A program made the position numbers and the translations under genes. Shown in pieces: positions 54,301-64,000 of a stretch of DNA of 64,000 nucleotides. This DNA comes from Chrysomallon squamiferum. Taxonomy: Eukaryota > Animalia > Mollusca. The notes beneath the pieces are model-generated. The model did no database searches and had not been told where the DNA came from. It saw only the letters and a program-made list of their open reading frames with translations. The number at the start of each line of letters is the position of its first letter. Position 1 is the stretch's first letter. The stretch lies in assembly GCA_012295275.1 (NCBI GenBank), contig CM022668.1, forward strand, positions 3,410,001 through 3,474,000, given 5' to 3'.

Positions 54301-57300
54301 CATATTGCTGTACTATGGTGTTGTTGTTATGGTGTGTTGTTTACTAACACATATTGCTGTACTATGGTGTTGTTGTTTACTAACACATATTGCTGTACTA
54401 TGGTGTTGTTGTTTACTAACACATATTGCTGTACTATGGTGTTGTTGTTTACTAACACATATTGCTGTACTATGGTGTTGTTGTTTGCTAACACATATTG
54501 CTGTACTATGGTGTTGTTTACTAACACATATTGCTGTACTATGGTGTTGTTTGCTAACATATTGCTGTACTATATATTGTTGGTGTTGTTTACTAACACA
54601 TATTGCTGTACTATGGTGTTGTTTACTAACACATATTGCTGTACTATGGTGTTGTTGTTTACTAACACATATTGCTGTACTATGGTGTTGTTTACTAACA
54701 CATATTGCTGTACTATGGTGTTGTTGTTTACTAACACATATTGTTGTACTATGGTGTTGTTTGCTAAAACATATTGCTGTACTATGGTGTTGTTGTTTAC
54801 TAACACATATTGCTGTACTATGGTGTTGTTTACTAACACATATTGCTGTACTATGGTGTTGTTGTTTACTAACACATATTGCTGTACTATGGTGTTGTTG
54901 TTTACTAACACATATTGCTGTACTATGTTGTTGTTTACTAACACATATTGCTGTACTATGGTGTTGTTGTTTACTAACACATATTGCTGTACTATGTTGT
55001 TGTTTACTAACACATATTGCTGTACTATGGTGTTGTTGTTTACTAACACATATTGCTGTACTATGGTGTTGTTGTTTACTAACACATATTGCTGTACTAT
55101 GGTGTTGTTTACTAACACATATTGCTGTACTATGGTGTTGTTTACTAACACATATTGCTGTACTATGGTGTTGTTGTTTACTAACACATATTGCTGTACT
55201 ATGGTGTTGTGCTGGTTTACTTAACACATATATTGCTGTCCTATGGTGTTGTTGTTTACTAACACATATTGCTGTCCTATGGTGTTGTTGTTTACTAACA
55301 CATATTGCTGTACTATGGTGTTGTTTACTAACACATATTGCTGTACTATGGTGTTGTTTACTAACACATATTGCTGTCCTGTGGTGTTGTTTACTAACAC
55401 ATATTGCTGTACTATGGTGTTGTTGTTTACTAACACATATTGCTGTACTATGTTGTTGTTTACTAACACATATTGCTGTACTATGTTGTTGTTTACTAAC
55501 ACATATTGCTGTACTATGGTGTTGTTGTTTACTAACACATATTGCTGTACTATGGTGTTGTTGTTTACTAACACATATTGCTGTACTATGGTGTTGTTTA
55601 CTAACACATATTGCTGTACTATGGTGTTGTTTACTAACACATATTGCTGTACTATGGTGTTGTTTACTAACACATATTGCTGTACTATGGTGTTGTTGTT
55701 TACTAACACATATTGCTGTACTATGGTGTTGTGCTGGTTTACTTACTGACATATATTGCTGTACTATGGTGTTGTTGTTTACTAACACATATTGCTGTCC
55801 TATGGTGTTGTTGTTTACTAACACATATTGCTGTACTATGGTGTTGTTTACTAACACATATTGCTGTACTATGGTGTTGTTTGCTAACATATTGCTGTAC
55901 TATGGTGTTGTTGTTTACTAACACATATTGCTGTCCTGTGGTGTTGTTTACTAACACATATTGCTGTACTATGGTGTTGTTGTTTACTAACACATATTGC
56001 TGTACTATGGTGTTGTTGTTTACTAACATATTGCTGTACTATGGTGTTGTTTGCTAACACATATTGCTGTACTATGGTGTTGTTGTTTACTAACATATTG
56101 CTGTACTATGGTGTTGTTTACTAACACATATTGCTGTACTATGGTGTTGTTGTTTACTAACACATATTGCTGTACTATGGTGTTGTTTACTAACACATAT
56201 TGCTGTACTATGGTGTTGTGCTGGTTTACTTACTGACATATATTGCTGTACTGTTATGTTCTGGATCAAATGGGCATTTTCCGGCTCCTTCAAATTCATT
56301 CTGCTTTTGGTAATCTGTCTTTCCCTGTAACTACATGAACATGCAAACACTTAGTGGCATACATTATATGAGAATACTTTACATTTGATTTGAAAAGAGT
56401 AAGATAATCAGTGCTCTCTTTCTTCTGTTTAGTATTGTTGTCATGTATGAGTAGATTTGTGCACTATACTTTTAGATATATTTTACCCACATAACTGATA
56501 CTTGATCAGACAAAATGATTTAAACCAATTATTCTGTAAAACAATCTGTATTTTTTCATCATCACCACAGCATATTAATGTAGTGTCAAATAACAAAGAC
56601 TGAAAGTTAGATTTTTACTAATTGTTTACACCAAAAATAAAATGATTGCTTAATAAAAAATAAAATAAAAATAAAAAGGAAATAGAAAACAGATTGATTT
56701 ACTGTGTTGTTTAATTGTTGTTGAAAAGTGATGATATGAAATTCTATAAAAAAAAAAAAAAAGTCAGTTAAAACATTATTCTGGATAACTCTGTGATTAT
56801 CTTGAGATTTTTGTGTAAGCCATGACAAGTTTACGATCTATTTAAAGAAAAATGTTTTTAAAGATGAGGTGAAAGTAACAAGAAAACAGTGTTACCTGTG
56901 TGATGATGTAGTTACGACATCGAGGACTGAAGGCTGATGTACCACACACCAACAGGGTCCTGGGGTCGACCTTCACCACCACACGGATGTAGTTCTGACA
57001 CTCTTCCTGTAAAAACACAAAAATAAATTAACAAAACATCTGTTCAAGAAGAGAAACTCTGGATAAAGAATTATGTACTGAGATATACTCTTTGTTATTG
57101 CATCAGAAACCAGCTGTGTCTATGTACTTTATCTGAATTTTATATATATATATATATAAAGAAAAGTTAGACTTTACTGGAACAAGATGATCATTTTAAT
57201 GCTGAAATTCATAAACTGAAAACTTCATTAAGTTCATAATTAAAATATTCTGTTTTAAGTTAATCACAAAAGAGTTATTTGCTTTTATTTAACTTGACGG

Positions 57301-60300
57301 AATTAATATAATTATAAAGTATAAATCCAACAAAAGAGTTTAAAAATAATGATTTTTTGTTTATTATTAGAACATAATTAACCCAAACAAGTTGTTTGTT
57401 TTTCTTATTAAAACCAATATAATTATTACAACTGCCAGATGTCACCTGTTTAATAACAACAGCACTTTGCTAATGACCAGAGATACTCCACTGAACATGC
57501 CATGTAACAGATATAAAATACAGAGATGTTAAATTTAACACATACTGCTACTGTTGTTTAAAAAAAACCTTTTATTATATGAATACTTAATAATAACAAT
57601 AACAATAACAATAATAATAATATATATTTATTATTATTACTTTCTATAATTAAACAATATTTTCTAAAGTAATAAAATATAAATACCAATTGTTTTTTCT
57701 TTTTCACCCTTTTTATTATCATGGCATAATGCAGACTGTTTTTTGTCCAAAAATATTATATCTAATATCTTTAGCCCAGCATTGTTTCAAACTGTTGGAA
57801 TTTCACATCAGTGAGGATTAGTCTTTCATTCTGTCAGTATTTCTATTTTCAGACAGTGAGCGAAAAAAGAAACTAAGAAGTTATTTTTAACTAGGTACAC
57901 AGTTTTGGAAACTAAAAACTAAAATATCACAAAAACTTTGAATCAGTGTCTTGTGATGACTCACTTCCCCTGCTCCCACCCTGACGTGATGATATCAAAC
58001 AAACGTTAGCCATCACAGTTAGTACACATGACTAATACAACAAAGCTGCTAGGTAAATAGCTACATGTAATAAGAAAGAGGTCATAGTGACCTTCAACTT
58101 AACACCTTTATTTTTTTTCACCACTGTCTGCTTTACATGAAACTAGAATTAACAAAAATTTAACAGTCAAGTGTTCAGACTTGATTCGAGTTGCAGGCTA
58201 TGTTACCTGCAGTGATAGTGTTTGAATTTTTCTGTTTCTACACTTCAGAAATACAATAATCCCAAAAATAAGCAATTTCTGTCAAGATTTGTATGCTGGG
58301 GCAGCCTATGCTAGCTACTTTTCTGTTAACAAGCATGAAAAAAATATATAATTACACACATAGTTTTATTTATTTATTTTTAGAAATACTTTAGTCTCCT
58401 TCTTTACACTGAAATATGCAGGATGAGAAGTCGTTTATCATTAATCTAACAGTGAATGTCACACAGAGGAAAACGTGCAGAAGCTCATCAAGTTTAGACA
58501 ATCCTTATTTACACTGTGGACCCAACACAGGTGACAGGTGACAAGTTTTGACACAAGTGTTTATCTCAACAAAATTTCCTAGAAAAACAGAAACTTGGCT
58601 GTTCGTTGTCATTTAGATACCAGATAATCTTAAAATATACTGTAAAACATTAAGATTATTCTGGTTGTCAAGTTTGTCCAGATCAGTTATCGATATTTTT
58701 TTATCATAATAGTGGAGTTTGATTATTGCAAATATCATTCTTGAATGATTACGACATGAATAATACCAGTAACAACAACATAACAAAAAAGCTTCAAAAC
58801 ATGTCTTTGGGTATTTCCTACCATAGTCAATGCTCATGTGTATCAAACTTTTTGGTCTGTGCGTCCTCAATGTGAGAAAAGCAACTCATGCAGAGGTGGG
58901 TGTCCAAGTGATACAATGCTGAGTAAACTATTTTAGAAGTACAACATCAGAAAGTTTAAAAATGTATAAAATACTGGTAATAAAAAAAACAAGTATAAAA
59001 CACAAAGAGCAGATTACTTCCTGATAACAGACTAAATCTAATTTGTGGCTGCAGTTTTATTTGTGCAGTTGATTAATCACAGCCACAATTATCTTGCACA
59101 TCAACCTCTGAGCAACATCTACAACCCAGCTACGTTAACCTACTTGTGACAATTATCACCAACAATGGCTTCATGATGTTTTCCTACAACACTCTGAATA
59201 ACACTACCAACTACAGTCTGTGTGATGTTTTCCTACAACACTATGAATAACACTACCAACTACAGTCTGTGTGATGTTTTCCTACAACACTATGAATAAC
59301 ATACCAACTACAGTCTGTGTGATGTTTTCCTACAACACTATGAATAACATACCAACTACAGTCTGTGTGATGTTTTCCTACAACACTCTGAATAACACTA
59401 CCAACTACAGTCTGTGTGATGTTTTCCTACAACACTCTGAATAACACTACCAACTACAGTCTTTGTAAAATACAGTAACTGAAGCCTGAATAACTGAAAA
59501 ACAACACATTTTTATATTAAAAGTTAATAACTGTGATTAGTTTTTTTCCGTCACCTGATAATCAACCCTTGTCACCAAGCAGTTCACTGCAGAGGATATT
59601 TTCAATTACCAGTGCATGTTACCACATAATGAGAAAATGCACAAGGTGGCTGTTAAAAACCAGGGGATGGGGACTAGTGTGGGAAGCAGTTTGTCGGAAC
59701 AGTAACACTTTGACGAGTACTTATCCAAACAACAACATATTCATCACTGTCATCAACATCTTTAGGCATCAGCTTAAAATTTCAAGTCTAAAGAAAATAA
59801 TTTTCTCCTGCACTGAAGTGTTTCTGAAAGCTGTTTAAGACTGAAGCCTACAAATCTTGTAACAAAGAACTGATCTGACTGGAAGCCAGTTTTCATCAAC
59901 AATACAAGAAAAACTTTAATCAACATTCAGCCTAAAGGATTTTAATAAAAACATGGAAAATTAAATATTTTCTCACAGGCCATATTTTTAACAAGTGAAT
60001 ATCATACTGTTTTTGTTAGGTGTTTGTTGTTTTACCTGCTACCCAAACTAAAATTGGTTCTAATTTCTTCTGCACATAAACATATATTGACATACTAATA
60101 CAGCCAGAGACACAGGCAGATAATATAAAACTGTATGTTTAGAATTTTTAAATAAAGAGACAAACAAATTAACAGATGTACGATTTAAATTATACTTTTT
60201 GTATTGAAAAAACATAACATGAAATTAAACTAACTAACTAACTAACTAACTAAATAAATAAATAAATAAACAAATAAATCAACTTACCTGAGTTTTATGT

Positions 60301-61353
60301 TTTCTTGTACAAATCTTAACTTTATTCTCTTGAGCTGGCCAGGATATTTTCTGTAAAATAAATAATTATTAATTACAATACACAAAGTTGCTTAGAATAT
60401 TGAATGCATTTTTATTAAAGCTAAAACTCTGATAGAAAATATATTATAAACGTAAAAAACAATTATTATAATACAAACAATTATTTAAATAAAACGTTTA
60501 TTTTTTTATTTTTTTTAAATAACAAAACAGCAGCTATTAAAAGAAAATGCTACTTAAAGATAATAATAACATGTTAATAAACATACCGTATTACTTTCAA
60601 GGCTTGTAAGACTAACATTATAAACTGCATTTCTGTAAGAAAAAGCAAAGTAAAATAAAGATAAAACAGTTTATATAAATTGAGTTAAATACCAATAGCA
60701 GACATTTTATATAAATTTATTACAATAATTTACAGTTACAAGTAAGTGTAACTTAATGATATATAGTATTATCTGCACTAAGTACTGTGTTATTTAATAA
60801 CACTGTATTACCTTCTGTTAAAACAATCTAGTGCAATGTATTATTAATATATTATTATACAACGACTGATTTTAATACTATGTGTTACTCAGTATACCCT
60901 CTATAAACATTTTTCAAAATTAATAATTAATATGTAATATACTTCAATTATATTATTTAAAAAAACCGTATAATGTTGTAGGTTACTTATTATATTAGTG
61001 AAAACAATGTTAGTCAACATATTTCAAAGGATAAATCACTTATCAATTTGTTTTATGTAATATGCTCTTTAATAACATCTGAACTTAGAAACTGTCACTG
61101 TATCATCTTTTTCACCATTGAGAATCATCACAATAAACTGAAAAGCTTTGTCTTCGTTATTTTTATGTGATCCTTTATTATTAGTATCAAATAAGGCAAC
61201 AGTTAAATATACTTTAATGTCAGAAAAGCAGTCACTAACATTTTTATTTCTTAAAAATCATTTAATATTATTAAATAACTTCTCCTCTGTATTAATTGGC
61301 CACTTTTTAATAAACACTGATGGCTGTTCTTTATTATTGAAAGTAACACAGGC

Positions 61354-61388
<35 letters not shown>

Positions 61389-61523
61389 GATCATGTTTTA
61401 AGGTGTGGAAGTGTATCACTGACTTGGCTCCGACAAGCATGTAGGCCCCATCGACCAGGAGAATTCTGAAACTGTCGCTCTTCTTGTCATCTCCGTAAAA
61501 CAGCTGTACAGTTTCATCTTCAT
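41903..61523 (-). CDS. Sema1a: Transmembrane semaphorin, Sema-1a (class 1, related to vertebrate class 6); 5'-partial, 17 coding exons, about 692 aa visible
   Basis: Phase-compatible GT-AG exons: 61523-61424, 60632-60587, 60350-60288, 57006-56896, 56324-56234, 51822-51712, 51479-51391, 51123-50985, 50746-50653, 50093-49946, 49470-49349, 48211-48132, 47904-47610, 47274-47228, 45407-45288, 44433-44359, 42249-41903. Sema-domain motifs: [73 protein letters not shown] domain: [17 protein letters not shown] segment [21 protein letters not shown] and C-terminus KVYL as in insect Sema-1a. The signal-peptide exon lies beyond 64000. Confidence 0.93.
44968..45138. mobile_element. ~170-bp Tc1/mariner-type MITE in a Sema1a intron
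   Basis: Perfect 21-bp inverted repeat TGCAAAAGTAGGTATACAGTA (44976-44996) with 45110-45130. It starts with CAGG and is followed by TATA. Confidence 0.65.
45612..46976 (+). repeat. ~160-bp direct duplication (45612-45769 and 46816-46976) within one intron
   Basis: GCATATAAACACTGCTTTGTAAATTATTTTGGAAA...GACATTAGGTGACCAACCTCATAAAA...TATAATAATGATATACAATAAATTCAT is present twice with few differences. Confidence 0.9.
48221..48310. repeat. Short 14-bp tandem repeat next to a Sema1a acceptor
   Basis: ACAGTAATCAAAGT x3 plus degenerate copies. Confidence 0.8.
50250..50630. repeat. Minisatellite, ~25-bp unit x ~14, next to a Sema1a donor
   Basis: AATCAGTAATGTGGTATACATTATA units degenerate toward both ends. 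Confidence 0.9.
53340..53580 (+). mobile_element. Degenerate SINE with Meta-like central domain
   Basis: TCCTGTCTGTGTGATGGTAGATATAAAATATCCTTTGCTGCTGACT...AAGAGTAGCCCAT...GCAGGTTTCCT resembles the Meta-SINE core as I recall it. A related copy is at ~17340-17545. Confidence 0.6.
54051..56252. repeat. Minisatellite, 33/36-bp unit, roughly 60-65 copies, overlapping the 3' end of Sema1a exon 56324-56234
   Basis: Unit TGTACTATGGTGTTG(TTG)TTTACTAACACATATTGC. Variant units with GTGCTGGTTTACTTA occur near 55209, 55730 and 56218. Confidence 0.97.
59175..59462. repeat. Minisatellite, 48-49-bp unit x6
   Basis: GATGTTTTCCTACAACACT(C/A)TGAATAACA(C)TACCAACTACAGTCTGTGT repeated head-to-tail. Confidence 0.95.
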
Positions 61524-63444
61524 CTGGAAAAACAACAACTTGTTTATTACTTCACATTAATCACTTTCAAAAACATCATTAATTATTCAGACTATACAAC
61601 CAACATTATGACATGAAAACTGAGAATACTTTTATCATATTAAGCTGTTTATTTTGAAAACCAAAGAAATTTTCTTCCCAGAACCTTCAAACTTGGCTAA
61701 CAATTTTTTTTTTTTTTTTTTTTTTAATTGTTTGGCTATGGGTAAGTTTAAGAAAACAAATTTCATATAATGAAATTTTAACAGATTCTGCTACTGATAA
61801 TATACACACTGACTACAAAATTCACAAACAAAATTAAATAAATAAAAAATGTATTTATATAAAAGAAACAGACCATCAACCAGATTTGAAATATTTCTGC
61901 TCTGAGAAATATGCAAATATTCCTAACTACTTCTCATTTGAAAAAACAACTGACTTTGTTATTATATTTTTAGCTTTGTGTGCCACCTGAATAATTTTAA
62001 TATTTAATTACCTCTGCTACAGAAAGCAGTAACTGGATAATGAGTGGATATTTCACCTGGGTTAATAGACTCTCATTCCAGCCACAGTTATTGTTTTTCT
62101 AGCACATCTACATGGTAATTAGACATAAAACATCAGTTCCTAACTACCACAAGTATTGTGCCTTTCCTGGCCAGCCATGCAGAGTTTTATAGTTCTTACT
62201 GACATTTTAAAATATGATGTGTAGTGTGTTAAAAATGAATGATGGCAATGTGTGTAAAACAGAATGTGGCTCATTAAAATAGATTGTTTTGAACTATTTT
62301 GTTTTCCAGATGAGTTTTCACAAGGCGAAGTGTTTCTTATTGGCGTGTTTTATTATTTACAGTGACTCTGAACTGACATATCACATGCCAAGCAACATAT
62401 TTTAATTGTTGAATGTGTTTAATAGTCAGTGATGTTCTCATGTTATTTATTAGGACAAAAGGTGACAAAGTTCAAAGTTTTTTTGTTTTTTTATGTAGAA
62501 TGTAATATGACAACAACAACAATAAAAAGATGAATATGACAGAGGAAAAGAAAAATCAGATTAGCTCATGGCAAATAAACTGTTAGCCTTTTTTTTATTA
62601 TGTTTTAATTGATGTAGTAAGGTATAAGGTTTATAGATATAGATATAGATAGATAGATGGAGATTCAGACACAGATTATAGACAAAATTTTAAATGTCAA
62701 ATATTTATGTTTACATAGCATTATAAAGACTTCAGTTTAGGAAAGTAAGATTTATACCAAACGAGGTAATATAAGAGAAGTACTCAGTGACACCTGACAT
62801 ATTGTTACACAGGTAGGTCTAACTGTTGGTGAAAACACTTCAAGTTCAGGTAAAAACACTCAGCAATATTTACTTATACTAGTCTAATCTTAACAACAAG
62901 TTTTCAATAGAATCAATATTTCATTTATCACAGCCTTCATCTGTAATTTAATTGGCTAAAAAAAATAAAAGAAACAGGACTGAGAAAGAATTAAACAATT
63001 AGTGGTGTTGGTTTGGTGACACAACAACCACAATGTTGTGTACAAGAACAATAAACTGATTTTAAAATAATAAACCTCTCAACCCCCTTATGTTTTTAAA
63101 TTAACATTTCTCAACTGAATTATAACAAGCAATCCATTTTATCTATCTGCAGTTTGTGTATAAATGAATATAGGAAGAAACAGAATGACAAGGTCATTAC
63201 TGTTATTTATCTACAGTTGCTGACACCTCAGAAAGTCTAAGTTACTGTCAGTGAGTGAATGAAAGCAAAGTCAGTATTCAATACTCCTGCAGTTGTTGAC
63301 TTTCTGTATCTGATAGTATTCTCTTGTAATATGTTGGTTCTTTTATTTTAAAAAGACTCATTGTCAATTATCTGAATGTATAATCAGCATTGTATGAGAT
63401 AAAATGCATCTTCCATTTTATCTCACACCCACATATCCATGCAA

Positions 63445-63573
63445 AACACACACACACACACACACACCCAACACACACACAACACACACACAAACACCAC
63501 ACACACACACACACACAACACACACACATACACACAACACAGAAACACACACACAACACAACACACACACACT
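63445..63573. repeat. Interrupted (CA)n microsatellite
   Basis: Directly visible. Confidence 0.95.
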
Positions 63574-64000
63574 CTCACAAAGTCATTTGCCCTAGTATTA
63601 TAGACAGAAATATAGCATTGTGTCAGAGATTTGCTAAACATCAGTTTTTCTGTGAAACGTGGAAGGATCCAAGCAGTAATAAAACTTCTTGACTCTCTTC
63701 ACAGCTCTAATTTAAACAACACACCACAGAGAGAGGTACACTGTCAGTAAAACTAGTACACGTGTGAAGTTTGCTAAGAAAGTATTGTATTTGTTCTCAA
63801 GTCCTGTTTACCTTATAAAAAACTTGGCACAGGCTTGACAGCTTTATATAAACACATTAACAGAGCACATTTGGTTACTCACTAAATTTTTCTTTTTCAT
63901 AATGTAAACAAAAACAAAATTATTCCTAACCTAGTCAGATAGTAAACAATACAATATATATTTTTTAATCTATATATATTTTTATTTCAAATAAATGTGG

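Noticed and set aside
54135-56236. Long ORFs (up to 538 aa) rich in Cys/His on both strands
   Set aside because: They are translations of the 33/36-bp minisatellite inside a Sema1a intron. They stay open only because the unit length is a multiple of 3, and the semaphorin frame hits TAA right after the donor.
54051-59462. CRISPR-like appearance of the repeat arrays
   Set aside because: Units are head-to-tail without unique spacers, there are no cas genes, and the context is eukaryotic.
63368-63692. His/Thr- and Cys/Val-rich ORFs
   Set aside because: They are translations of the (CA)n microsatellite.

Overview
This is an AT-rich, intron-rich animal genomic window, not a prokaryotic one. Degenerate Meta-domain SINE copies and the gene style suggest an invertebrate, possibly a mollusc. 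I reconstructed three spliced protein-coding genes exon by exon. GPN2 (- strand, 3 coding exons, 307 aa) sits head-to-head with COMMD10 (+ strand, 8 coding exons, 198 aa, one GC-AG intron). A transmembrane semaphorin of the Sema-1a/class-6 type (- strand, 17 coding exons visible, about 692 aa, signal-peptide exon beyond the window) lies tail-to-tail with COMMD10, the same arrangement as human COMMD10-SEMA6A. The window also holds decayed mobile elements (Ty3/Gypsy, hAT with a nested FLYWCH-MULE, MITEs, SINEs) and many micro- and minisatellites. The most striking observations are a 2.2-kb minisatellite amplified from a semaphorin exon/5'-splice-site junction with a duplicated donor, the apparently ancient COMMD10-semaphorin linkage, and a cluster of Pumilio elements in the inferred semaphorin 3'UTR. 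Most ORFs in the supplied track are spurious repeat or intron translations. All calls are by eye; no database searches were run.
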